From positions 531 through 64,530 of IMG/VR virus record IMGVR_UViG_3300005683_000073: a DNA stretch of 64,000 bases. One strand, written 5' to 3'. The translations under genes and the position numbers were made by a program. Below, in pieces: positions 17,461 through 27,600 of this stretch. The notes below the pieces were generated by a model that was given only the letters and a program-made list of their open reading frames with translations, did no database searches and was not told the DNA's origin. Position 1 is the stretch's first letter, and each line of letters begins with the position of its first letter. Source of the DNA: a virus. Taxonomy: Duplodnaviria > Caudoviricetes.

Positions 17461-19353
17461 GTGGGGCAGGTCATCAAGCTGGAAGCATTCGGGGGGATGG
17501 TCCCCCGTATGTCGCCGCGCCTGATCCCTCCGCAGGCGGCGACGCTCGCCCGCAATACGAAGATGCTCAACGGCGAGTTGCGCGGGTTTCGTGCGCCTCG
17601 CGAGTTGGCGGACCTGACCTACGAGTCGTTCACCGTCCGAAGGGCGTACCGGATCGAGTACAACGACCAGTATTATGGTGCTGGTGAGCATTGGCTCGCG
17701 TTTGATTCCAAGAATGTCGATGTTGTGCGCTCGCCGATCGTCAATGATCGGTTCGACCGTTACTACTGGGCCGGTGATGGGCGTCCCAAGTACAACCCGC
17801 TGAATCGGATCCTCCACGGACTCGATCCGTACTACCTTGGCGTGCCCGCACCGCAGACTGCGCCGACCGTGACGCCACCTGCTGGTAGCGCCGAGACGCG
17901 CACATACCTCGTGACGTTTGTCTCCGCGTATGGAGAAGAGGGCGCGCCGTCACCGTACAAGGTTGCCACGGGCGACGCCGGGACGTGGGCGCTCACTTCC
18001 TTGCCGACGACCGTCACCGAATCCACGTACCGTTATATTACGCATAAGCGGATTTATCGTACGGTCGTGGGGAACAACTCCGCGCTGTACTACCGTGTGG
18101 CGACCATTGCGCTGAGCGACACATCGTACGACGATACTTCGAACGACGACGAAGTCGTTCTCAACGAAGTGTTGGAGTCCACGACGTGGGCTCTGCCGCC
18201 GGATGATCTTGAAGGATGGGTGTTGATGCCCAACGGCTACCTCGTCGGATGGGAGGGTCGGCGGCTGTGCTTCAGCGAGCCGTATCGCCCGTGGGCGTGG
18301 CCCGCCGAGTACGAGCTGTCTACTGAGTTCGAGATCGTAGGGCTTTGCGTGTGGGGTTCCACACTCGTCATTGGAACAAAGAGCCAGCCTTATCTTGGGC
18401 AGGGTGTAACGCCAGCCTCGTTCACGATGCAGAAGATGGACGCGGTTGAGCCGTGCCTGTCCCGCAAAGGTATGGTGGCTACCGTCGCTGGCGCGTACTA
18501 CCCGTCGATCAACGGTCTCGCGTTGCTGAATTCGTCAGGCGTGCAGATTGTCACGCAGGACATTCTCACGAAGGAGGAATGGGCGCAGTACAACCCCGCG
18601 AACATTTTCGCGGCGTCGCTCGGCCTGCAGTATCTCGCGTTCAATTCGACCAGCTTCGGGTTCCTGTTCAACCCGACGGAACCCAGCACTAAACTCGTGG
18701 AGCTGGATCGGTTCCAGCAGGTGAACGGGCTTGAGACTGACCGCTACACCGGCAACATCAACCTGATTATCTCGGACCGTGTCTACGACTGGGATCCTGA
18801 AGATGTTGAGCGGCTGTGGTGGCGATGGCGATCGAAGGAGTTCCATCTGCCCAAGCAGATCAATTTCGGCGCGGTGAAGATCAAGTTCAACATGTCCGAC
18901 TATGATATTGGGGAGGACATCACTGCAACTTACGGCGCGTACAACGATGCGCGTTTCGGGGATGGCGAGCTGAATACTCTGGCGGGGCATCTGCTGAACG
19001 ACAATCAGGTTGTCTATGAGGACGATCAGTACGTCGATGGAGAGTTTGTTGCCGAAATGAATTCGGAGCGTGTGTACGACCCGCTGATCCCGCAGTGGCG
19101 AACGCCGCTTGGCGGTGGTCCGATGTACCCCCTCACGTCGATGTCCACGCAGGTGGCTGGAGTGCGGTTCATCGCGTACATCGTGCGCGGGTCGGAGCGG
19201 ATCAAGAAGTTCGACCGGGTGTTCTACGATGAGGACATGATCCGGATGCCCACGGGGTTCAAGCACGACGTGTGGCAGTTCGAAGTGTTTGGCAACACTC
19301 ACGTGTACTCCATTCAGATTGGTGAGACGGGTAAGGACCTTGACAAGGCATGA
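17461..19353 (+). CDS. tail tubular protein B / head-stabilisation (nozzle)-like protein
   Basis: 630 aa, beta-propeller-like; MPNGYLVG, LCFSEPYRPWAWP, WRWRSKEF motifs; position in a podovirus tail module. Confidence 0.75.
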   Translation: MGQVIKLEAFGGMVPRMSPRLIPPQAATLARNTKMLNGELRGFRAPRELADLTYESFTVRRAYRIEYNDQYYGAGEHWLAFDSKNVDVVRSPIVNDRFDRYYWAGDGRPKYNPLNRILHGLDPYYLGVPAPQTAPTVTPPAGSAETRTYLVTFVSAYGEEGAPSPYKVATGDAGTWALTSLPTTVTESTYRYITHKRIYRTVVGNNSALYYRVATIALSDTSYDDTSNDDEVVLNEVLESTTWALPPDDLEGWVLMPNGYLVGWEGRRLCFSEPYRPWAWPAEYELSTEFEIVGLCVWGSTLVIGTKSQPYLGQGVTPASFTMQKMDAVEPCLSRKGMVATVAGAYYPSINGLALLNSSGVQIVTQDILTKEEWAQYNPANIFAASLGLQYLAFNSTSFGFLFNPTEPSTKLVELDRFQQVNGLETDRYTGNINLIISDRVYDWDPEDVERLWWRWRSKEFHLPKQINFGAVKIKFNMSDYDIGEDITATYGAYNDARFGDGELNTLAGHLLNDNQVVYEDDQYVDGEFVAEMNSERVYDPLIPQWRTPLGGGPMYPLTSMSTQVAGVRFIAYIVRGSERIKKFDRVFYDEDMIRMPTGFKHDVWQFEVFGNTHVYSIQIGETGKDLDKA

Positions 19354-20024
19354 CGACGTTCAAGGCTAACCGGAAGTTTCCGAATCCGATCACGGTAACG
19401 GATGATCCGAAGTCGCACACGCTTGCGCTTCAGCAGATCATCGAGGCGCTGAGCATTGGCCAGCGTCGGACGAAGGAGATCAACAGTAGCTACGTTCGCG
19501 TCCACGAACTGGTGGATGCTGGGCTGATCGAAGTCGTTGGTAGCCAGCTCAAGCTGACCAACACTGGAGCGGCGGCGGCTTCTACTCCACAGGCTAATGG
19601 GGCCTCCATTTCGCGGGCTGGGTCTGCGCAGAGCGTCAGTAATGCCACGTTCACTGCACTGCAATTTGACACTGAAGATCGTGATGACGGAGGCTTTGCG
19701 GACCTCGTAACGTACAACACCCGTCTGACCATCCCGACGACTGGGTGGTATGCAGTACAGTACACCGTCGCGATTGCTGCCAACGCAAGTGGGCTGCGAG
19801 AATTTTCGATCCAGATGAATGGGAGTACTTCTCTACAGTATGGATTACAGCGAGTCCTTCCGGCCAGCGGAAGTGGCGCAAGTATCGTGTCAGGGTCGGC
19901 CATACTTTATCTATCTGCAGCGGACTACATCGAGCTTGTGGCCTACCAGTCGTCGGGGGGTGCGCTTGACGCTTCCGTTGCTGCAGGCTTGTATCCCCGG
20001 CTTGCAATTCATTCTTTCGGGTGA
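19350..20024 (+). CDS. tail-associated protein with C-terminal C1q/jelly-roll-like domain
   Basis: ATGA overlap; TIPTTGWYAV...IQMNG...ILYLSAADYIELVAYQ; 3' half has lower GC. Confidence 0.7.
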   Translation: MTTFKANRKFPNPITVTDDPKSHTLALQQIIEALSIGQRRTKEINSSYVRVHELVDAGLIEVVGSQLKLTNTGAAAASTPQANGASISRAGSAQSVSNATFTALQFDTEDRDDGGFADLVTYNTRLTIPTTGWYAVQYTVAIAANASGLREFSIQMNGSTSLQYGLQRVLPASGSGASIVSGSAILYLSAADYIELVAYQSSGGALDASVAAGLYPRLAIHSFG

Positions 20025-20587
20025 AACAGATGACCCCTTTTGAAAAAGCTCTGAAGCACACCCTTGGCATCGAGGGAGACTACAGCGACCACCCGGCGGA
20101 CTCCGGTGGCCGGACCCGCTACGGCATCACGGAAGCGAAGGCCCGTGCCTTCGGCTATACAGGCCCCATGACGGCCCTCCCGATCGAGCTGGCGAAGCAG
20201 ATTTACAAGGAGGACTTCTGGGACATCATCCGGCTGGATCAGGTCGCTGAGCTGAGTGAGGAAGTTGCGCTGGAGATGTTCGATACCAGCGTGAACTGCG
20301 GCCCCGGAGTCCCGGTCAAGTTCCTGCAACGGCTGCTGAACGCCTTTAACCGGCAGCAGACGGATTACGCGGATATCGCCGTGGATGGGGCGATGGGGCG
20401 GAATACCCTTGCTGCGCTGCGTGCGTTCCTCACTCGTCGTGGTAAACTGGGGGCACAGGTGCTGGTCGAGGCCCTGAATTCCCTGCAAGGGGCGTTCTAC
20501 ACCGATCTGGCAGAACGGCGTCCGAAGGACGAAGCATTCATGTTTGGTTGGTTCGCAAGCCGTGTTCTGAAGAGGGCGCAACCTTGA
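20021..20587 (+). CDS. endolysin, glycoside hydrolase family 108 with PG-binding domain
   Basis: EGDYSDHPADSGGRTRYGIT, FDTSVNCG, FLQRLLN, VDGAMGRNT, EAFMFGWFASRV. Confidence 0.92.
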   Translation: MKQMTPFEKALKHTLGIEGDYSDHPADSGGRTRYGITEAKARAFGYTGPMTALPIELAKQIYKEDFWDIIRLDQVAELSEEVALEMFDTSVNCGPGVPVKFLQRLLNAFNRQQTDYADIAVDGAMGRNTLAALRAFLTRRGKLGAQVLVEALNSLQGAFYTDLAERRPKDEAFMFGWFASRVLKRAQP

Positions 20588-21000
20588 CTCCTATCGTAGG
20601 CGGACTCATCACTGCGGCACTGGAAATCATCGACAAGGTGATCCCGGATCCGCAGGCCAAAGCAGCGGCCAAGCTCGAAGTCCTGAAGCTCGAACAGCAA
20701 GGGCAGTTCAAGCAGCTCGACGCCGATCTTCAGGTCATGCTCGCGCAGGCGCGCATCAACGAAGAGGAGGCCAAGTCGCCGGACAACTTCCGTGGCGGCT
20801 GGCGTCCTGCGGTCGGTTGGATCTGCGCAGCGGGCTTGGCATGGACCTACCTGCTCTCCCCCTTGCTCGGGTGGATTGGCGCAGCGCAAGGCTGGCCCCC
20901 TCCTCCGGCGATCGACACGTTCGATCTTCTCATCATGTTGGGCGGCATGCTCGGCTTCGGCGGCATGCGGTCCTTCGAGCGCATCCGTGGGAAGGCGTAA
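20584..21000 (+). CDS. holin (3TM, GTA-holin-like)
   Basis: TTG overlaps the endolysin stop; WRPAVGWIC, hydrophobic segments, MLGFGGMRSFER.RG C-terminus. Confidence 0.8.
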   Translation: MTPIVGGLITAALEIIDKVIPDPQAKAAAKLEVLKLEQQGQFKQLDADLQVMLAQARINEEEAKSPDNFRGGWRPAVGWICAAGLAWTYLLSPLLGWIGAAQGWPPPPAIDTFDLLIMLGGMLGFGGMRSFERIRGKA

Positions 21001-21002
21001 TC

Positions 21003-21326
21003 ATGGGCGACAGGATCATCGACTGGGGATGGAGTGTCGTCCTCCTCGTTCTCGGCGCTGTAGGCACCCTCGTTTCGAGGTGGCTGTCCATGATTCACAA
21101 GCACGAAAAGCAGCTCATCCTGCTTGAGGCTGAGCAAGCAACCCGCCTCGCTGCGAACGAAGCGATGGTCAAGAATCTGGCGGACTTGAACGCCCGACTC
21201 GACCTGCATCGGCAGGAGTCGATGGGGCGGATGGACTCGTTGCGGCGCGAGCTGCGGGAGGACTTCAAGACGCTGATCGAGTATCACAGCCGCATTGAGG
21301 AGAGGGAACGCTCCCGTGGCGGGTGA
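21003..21326 (+). CDS. membrane-anchored coiled-coil protein (possible lysis accessory)
   Basis: N-terminal TM WGWSVVLLVLGAVGTLV followed by a heptad-rich helix. Confidence 0.65.
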   Translation: MGDRIIDWGWSVVLLVLGAVGTLVSRWLSMIHKHEKQLILLEAEQATRLAANEAMVKNLADLNARLDLHRQESMGRMDSLRRELREDFKTLIEYHSRIEERERSRGG

Positions 21327-21762
21327 TCTCACCACCGCCAACCAGACTGTCCTGTGGGAGTTCCTGCAGGAGCGCATCGGGATTCCGTGGAGTACCGACT
21401 TCATCGCCCTCGGGCGGGTCGCGGAGGGCAAGCTCATCGGGGTCGTCGGCTACAACAACTTCACCGGGACCTCGTGTCACATGCACATGGCCGGGGACGG
21501 GGGCCGGTGGATGAGCCGGGAGTTCCTGAAAGAGGCTTTCCGATACCCGTTCGGAACGCTAGACTTGACAATGGTGTTCGGAATCGTTCCTTCTGGTAAC
21601 ATCCGGGCACTTGGGATAGACCGCAAACTGGGGTTCCGTGAATTGATCTTCATCCCCGGCGCACATCCCGATGGTGGAATCCACATCCTTCAGATGACGC
21701 GCGACGAATGTCGCTGGTTGAGGAAACCCGATGGGAAAGAAGTCAACTCCGAAGTCGCCTGA
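21316..21762 (+). CDS. GNAT-fold acetyltransferase-like protein
   Basis: GKLIGVVGYNN, WMSREFL..AFRYPF, NIRAL..DRKLGF; precedes the ejection-protein genes. Confidence 0.8.
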   Translation: MAGDLTTANQTVLWEFLQERIGIPWSTDFIALGRVAEGKLIGVVGYNNFTGTSCHMHMAGDGGRWMSREFLKEAFRYPFGTLDLTMVFGIVPSGNIRALGIDRKLGFRELIFIPGAHPDGGIHILQMTRDECRWLRKPDGKEVNSEVA

Positions 21763-22765
21763 CCTGACTCCGTATGCCAATGCAATGGAGCAGCAGGGCG
21801 AGTGGGCGTTCCTGACCTCGCAGGAGCAGCTCGGATGGGCGCGAGAGCAGGATGCCAAGAACCGGGAGCTTCTCCAGCAAGTCCTCGGTCCGCAGCTTCA
21901 GGCTCAGGCTGACCAGCAGGAATGGGCGAAGAAGGACCGCGCTCGCTACGAGGGCGTGTACCAGCCCATCGAGGATCAGCTCATTCAGGACTTCCAGTCC
22001 TACAACACGCCCGAGCGGCAGGCTCAGGAGCGTGGGCGGGCGATGGCCGACGTGGCGTCGAGCTTCGATGCACAGCGGAGGAACGCTCTGCAGCGGCTGG
22101 AGTCCTTCGGCGTGGACCCGTCCCAGACTCGCAATGCGGCGCTCGACGTGGCCATGCGGACGCAGCAGGGCGCGTCAATGGCCGCTGCCGCTACCAATGC
22201 GCAGCGTGTCACCGAGGACAAGTCCCGCGCAATGCGCGCGGACGCCATCAACATCGGTCGTGGCATGCCCTCGCAGGTTGCCCAGTCGTATGGACAGTCC
22301 GTTGCCGCTGGCTCGCAGGCGATGGGTGGTGCTAACTCGACCTTCGGCACCTCCGCTGGCGCGATGGGCAACCCCACCGCGTGGGGCGGCATGGGTATGC
22401 AGGGTGTGCAGGGTGCGGCGGGGATCACCAACTCCGGATTCCAGAACCAGATGGCTGCGCAATCCATGCAGAACCAGCAGAATTCCAACCTGTGGAGCGG
22501 TATCGGGTCGGCTGTCGGTATGGCGTCAATGCTCGCCGATGGCGGTCAGCCGCTGCAGGCCATCCCGGACCAGCCGCCGGGGCCGGTCGCCAACGGCCCG
22601 ACGGACGGCAGCGGCATCGACGATCAGGTCCACGCTCGCCTCTCGGTTGGGGAGTACGTCATCCCCGCCGACGTGGTGCAGAAGAAGGGCGTGGAGTTCT
22701 TCGACAAGCTGCTCGAAAAGTACCACACGCCCGCCGCTCAGCAGCGCGGCGCGATTCCGGCGTAA
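21731..22765 (+). CDS. internal virion / DNA ejection protein (344 aa)
   Basis: MGKK start, Q/A-rich coiled coil, Gly/Met-rich segment, C-terminal LADGG...DDQVHARLSVGEYVIPADVV. Confidence 0.75.
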   Translation: MGKKSTPKSPDLTPYANAMEQQGEWAFLTSQEQLGWAREQDAKNRELLQQVLGPQLQAQADQQEWAKKDRARYEGVYQPIEDQLIQDFQSYNTPERQAQERGRAMADVASSFDAQRRNALQRLESFGVDPSQTRNAALDVAMRTQQGASMAAAATNAQRVTEDKSRAMRADAINIGRGMPSQVAQSYGQSVAAGSQAMGGANSTFGTSAGAMGNPTAWGGMGMQGVQGAAGITNSGFQNQMAAQSMQNQQNSNLWSGIGSAVGMASMLADGGQPLQAIPDQPPGPVANGPTDGSGIDDQVHARLSVGEYVIPADVVQKKGVEFFDKLLEKYHTPAAQQRGAIPA

Positions 22766-22777
22766 GGGGAGACCACG

Positions 22778-24694
22778 ATGGGCTTCGGCGATTTCATGAG
22801 TGGTATGCAGGGCGGTATGTCCGCGATGGACGACCTGAAGAACTCGCGCCTCCGGCGCAAGCTCTACGATCAGGCGCTCACCGAGGGGAACATCGAGCTG
22901 GACGCGAAGGACTTCGACCGCGAGAAGCAGGGCCTACCTAAGTTGCGCCGGTTCGACACCAGCGACACCTTCGTCGGCAAGCTCGGCGACAAGCTCGATC
23001 CGGTCCTCTCCCGCTTCATGGAGAAGCTCGGTCGCGGGACGGGCGCGACCGAGTCGCCCGTTGCGGACACTCTCCCCACGGCGGCGGAAGTCAACCCCGA
23101 GGCAGTACCGCTGTCCGCAGAGGACTTCGGTGCAGCTTACGACGAGGGCATCGCGCTCGCCGACGGCAAGCGGCCCATCGACGAACTCGGTGGATGGGCA
23201 GACGACGAGGTCGCCGGGAAGCCGAAGAAGGAGCGGTACAACGCCGACTCCCCCGACGAGATCGCCAAGCGGGCCGAGCGTGCCCGCGCTGGCGGCGCTG
23301 GCCCCGCGCGGGAGGCGATCCCCACTCAGGTGGAGGGCGACCCGAGCAAGTACCGACCCGCCGAGAAGGGGCAGGTCGGCAATGCGGCGCGCAGAGGCAG
23401 GCCGGAGTTCACGAAGTACAAGGGCGTCGGCGGGCCGAGCATGACGGCGGCTGAGGGCGCTGGTGCGCTCCGCACTGGTGCCCGGAAGGTCGTCGGCGGT
23501 CTCGGTCGCGGCGCGATCATCGGCTCCATCCTCGCTGCCGGGTCCGGCGGCATCCGGGGCGCTGTGCAGGCTGACCAGCCGGGGGACTCCATTCTCGGCG
23601 ACACTTGGGAGCGCGCGAAGGGCGCGGGCAAGGGCATCGTCACGGGGCTTCTGGATCCGCTCGGGGAACCGGGCAGGTGGGCAGGTAACGACGAGGAGGC
23701 TCCGGCCCCCGACGCTGCGCCGCAGGAGGCGATTCCGACCGCGCCGGGACAGCCCACGGGTCCGCGCTCGCGCCGGTATCGGGGGCAGGGCGCGGCCCGC
23801 CGCGCGGCTCCCGCCGCCGAAGCAGTACCCACCGCACCCACCGAAGTCGATCCGCTTGCCGGGTTCGACGTGACGCAGGTCAACGCGGCGGACATCCCGA
23901 ACTTCTCGAACAACGACTGGGTCCAGCACCGCAAGGACATGATGGACTCCCTGATCATGCACGGAATGAGCTACGCCGAAGCGTGGGACAAGGTTGACCA
24001 GCAGGTCATCGCCACGCAGCAGCGCGGCTTCATGCATTTCGGCAATCAGGCCCGCGCCCTGCTGGCCAACGGCGACCTCAAGGGCGCTGCGACGGCGGTG
24101 CGCGCCGCGTTCCAGTACTTCCCGTCCACGACCGACCTGCAGGTCGGCGAGTACAACGGCCACCTCGTGGCCTTCGGCGTGGACGAGGATACCGGAGAGC
24201 AGGTGGGAACTCCGATGGTCGTCACGCCGGAGTTCCTCGACAGCGCGCTGATGAACTTCAGCGACCGCAAGGCGTGGACCGAGTTCGCGCAGGACAACCG
24301 GCGCATGGATCAGGCCGACACCGAGCTGGAGCAGGGTTCGCGCAGGCTCAACCTGATGGAGGAGGGCCTCGGCATCGAGCGTGAGAACGCCCTCACTCGT
24401 CGCCTCGACGCGATCGGCGGCGGACTGGGCGGGGGCGGCTCTGCGCTCAAGCAGAGCGACATCGCTGCCGCAGGCAAGCTAATCGACGACTGGGCTTCCC
24501 AGTTCGGCGGCGAGGACGCGGACCCGGCACTGGCGTCGGCACTCGCGGCACTCGCCGAGGCTGAGTTCGCACGCAAGGGCGGCGGGGAGTACCAGCTCCG
24601 TACGATCACGATGCGCCTCGAAGAGATGTTGAAGTCTCCGGGCGGAGCTGAGACGATCATCGCCGCCGCACGTCGCTTGGCCTCTGGGCAGTAA
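22778..24694 (+). CDS. internal virion / ejection protein (638 aa)
   Basis: Between two ejection-type genes; low-complexity linkers and a hydrophobic segment GAIIGSILAAGSGG. Confidence 0.7.
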   Translation: MGFGDFMSGMQGGMSAMDDLKNSRLRRKLYDQALTEGNIELDAKDFDREKQGLPKLRRFDTSDTFVGKLGDKLDPVLSRFMEKLGRGTGATESPVADTLPTAAEVNPEAVPLSAEDFGAAYDEGIALADGKRPIDELGGWADDEVAGKPKKERYNADSPDEIAKRAERARAGGAGPAREAIPTQVEGDPSKYRPAEKGQVGNAARRGRPEFTKYKGVGGPSMTAAEGAGALRTGARKVVGGLGRGAIIGSILAAGSGGIRGAVQADQPGDSILGDTWERAKGAGKGIVTGLLDPLGEPGRWAGNDEEAPAPDAAPQEAIPTAPGQPTGPRSRRYRGQGAARRAAPAAEAVPTAPTEVDPLAGFDVTQVNAADIPNFSNNDWVQHRKDMMDSLIMHGMSYAEAWDKVDQQVIATQQRGFMHFGNQARALLANGDLKGAATAVRAAFQYFPSTTDLQVGEYNGHLVAFGVDEDTGEQVGTPMVVTPEFLDSALMNFSDRKAWTEFAQDNRRMDQADTELEQGSRRLNLMEEGLGIERENALTRRLDAIGGGLGGGGSALKQSDIAAAGKLIDDWASQFGGEDADPALASALAALAEAEFARKGGGEYQLRTITMRLEEMLKSPGGAETIIAAARRLASGQ

Positions 24695-24697
24695 ACA

Positions 24698-27600
24698 ATG
24701 TCGGTACTCGACGAAATCTTTGGTCCCGCTTCTGCGGGCCGTTCCGCCGTTCCGACTGAAGCCGACCTCGGCACCGTGCGCCGCGCCGCGCTGCCGCAGG
24801 CGGGCGGTGTGGGGTCGAACGAGGCCATCGAGCGGCTGCTGGCACGCGAGGGCGGGTACTCGGACAACGCCGCCGACCGTGGCGGCAAGACCAACTTCGG
24901 CATCAGCTCGAAGGCGTACCCGAACCTCGACGTTTCCAAGCTGACGCGGGAACAGGCGGCGGACATCTACAAGCGCGACTACTGGGATGCAATCGGGGCC
25001 GACCAGCTCGACCCGGCTGTCCGGGAGATCGCCTTCGACGCCGCCGTCAACCACGGCGTCGGCACCGCCCGCAAGATGCTGGCGGAGTCCGGCGGCGATC
25101 CGCAGAAGATGCTGGCCCTGCGTCAGCGGCTGTACGACAACCTCGCAGCCAACGACCCCTCGCAACGGCAGTTCAGCGCAGGATGGCGGAACCGTCTCGC
25201 GGTCCTCAGCCCGATCGGCACCGCGCAGGCCGAGGAAGCTCCGTGGCAGACCTCGATGCCCATGCCGACGGCGCGCGGCGAATCTTCGAACGAGGTGCTG
25301 GATTCGATCTTCGGCGGCGACCTCCCGGAGCGGACCGCGCCCGAGCGTAGCGTAACCGGCGGCGACTTCGGCAGGGCGCTCGCTATCACGGCGGGCGACT
25401 TCGCCAAAGCCCCTGTGGCCGCGCTGGAGAACGTCCTTGGCCAGTTGAGTGGCGAGGGCAAGACTGCCGACGATCAGGCTCTGGCGGAGCGCCAGCGCGA
25501 CCTCGGGGGCATTCGGCGCAGCATCAGCGAATGGCAGAAGGGCTTTTTCGCGTCCATGTCCCCGGAGGCGCTCGATCGCGCCAACCGCGAACTGCTGACG
25601 CTCGACCCGAACAAGACCATCTGGCAGGGCGGCGTCGGCGAGTTCATGTCCTCGATCGCGCTCAAGGGTACGATGTCCCTCGGCCCGACCATCGGCCCGA
25701 TGATCACCACGGCACTGCTCGCCCGCCTCGGCGTCGGTGCGGCTGCGTCAACGCTGTACGGAACGCAGGAAGGTCTGATGTCGGCGGGCCTCACCGCTGC
25801 GCAGATCGCCGACGAAATCGAGCAGACCCCCATCGAGGAGCTGCGCAAAGTCGATCGGTTCCGCGCGCTGGAGTCGCAGGCGGGAGAGGCCGAAGCCCGT
25901 CGGCAGTTCACCAACGAGGTGCAGGGTATTGTCCCGGCGGTGACGGGCATTCTCGTCGGCTCGATCGCCAAGGCTGTCGGCAAGCCGCTCGACAAGATCT
26001 TCGGCACTGAGGGTGGCCTCCCGCTGCTCCAGCGCATCGGCGCAGGCGCAACGGTCGAGGCCGCTCAGGAAGCTCCGCAGTCGTTTACGGAACAGGTGAC
26101 GCAGAACTACGCCAAGATGGCGTATGACGCGAACGTCAACCTGCTCGACGGTGCTGCGGAGCAGACCGTGCAGGGCATACTGCTCGGCGGCATCATGGGC
26201 GGCACCTTCGCGGGTGCGTTCGGCAATCGTCCCCAGAACAATCCGATGTCCTCGGACCCGGTTCCGGCGGACGTGCGCGCGGCGATTGGCGGCGCGGCGA
26301 TCCCTACTACGCCCCCCGCAGGAACCCCGCCTCCGGCAAGTGGCGGCGGTCCGGCGACCGGCGGCGAGCCGCCCGGTGGCCCCCCGGCCCCTCCGGCCAG
26401 CACTACCCCGACGCTCGATGCGTTTGCAGCAGAAGGGCAGAAGTGGGACCCGAACGCGCCTGCGCCGTCACAGCCCCTGCCGGAGATGTTCGGCAGCAAC
26501 GTCGGTGCGGAAGAGGTTGCCATCCCCGAGGTGGCCCCCGATCGTTCCCCCCTTGAGCGAGCAATGGCCAACCCGAAGAAGAAGCGGGTCAAGGAAGCCA
26601 TCCCGTTGCTTCCGGCCACGGACGCCGTGGACGACTTCGCTGCCGAGCAGGACGCGCAGGCGGCGGCTCGCGGCATCCAGCTCACCCCCGAGGGGTTCCA
26701 GAATCCTATCCCGAGTGACATCGAGGCGGCACTGGGCGCAGTCGAGTCGCCGAAGTGGGACCCGAATGCACCGGATACGACCCCGGCTCCTGAGCTGGCC
26801 GATGTTCCGGACACCCGTCCGGACTTCGAAGTCAACCAGACCCGCGAGCCGAAGCACGGGCGGCGTACCCGCACCGAGCAGCTCGGCTACCGCGTCCGTC
26901 TCCGTGGGCCGAACGGCGAGATCCTGCAGAGCCAGCTCTTCGACACCGGCACGCAGGCCCGTCTGAAGGCGCACCAAATGGAGCGCGGCCTGCGCGGCAC
27001 CAACGACGGCAGCTACGTCGAGGTGCTGCCTGCGCGCCGCACGTTCCTGAATGACCAGACCCCGACGGCGGAGCCGGTCAGCGACGTGATGGCCCAGATC
27101 CGCGACATGAACTCGCGGGACGCTCTGGACATGCGTATGGACAGCGAGGCCCGCCGGGGCGTGTACCTCACCCGAGAGACGCTCGACAACCTGCGCGAGG
27201 CCGGTCAGCTCGATCAGGCGCTGCGCGGCGGCGTGCCGATCCGCAACTTCGACACCTATGGCGGCATCCTGCTGGCGAAGGACGAAGAGATCGCGCAGGA
27301 GCTGATGCAGCTCATCGAGAACCCGAGGTCGAACATCGACGAAGTTATCGGCTACGCCACTGGCGCAGGCGACGGCAAGCCCGGTGGCACCAACCCGGTC
27401 GTGCAACTCCTCGATGGTGATGGGAACGTCATCCGCGAGCGGCAGGTCACGCCGGAGGAAGCCGAGCCGACCAAGGCTGCATGGGGGCCGATGGCTCGCG
27501 TCATGTCGCTGGAGCAGGCGCTGGCCATTCGCCAGAACCGCATGCAGCGGGAGAAGGCGGAGCGCAACGCCGCTGCCGAGCAGGAGGCGTTCACCGCCAC

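Noticed and set aside
15988-20024. Diversity-generating retroelement acting on tail fibres
   Set aside because: No reverse transcriptase and no template/variable repeat pair differing at adenines was seen.
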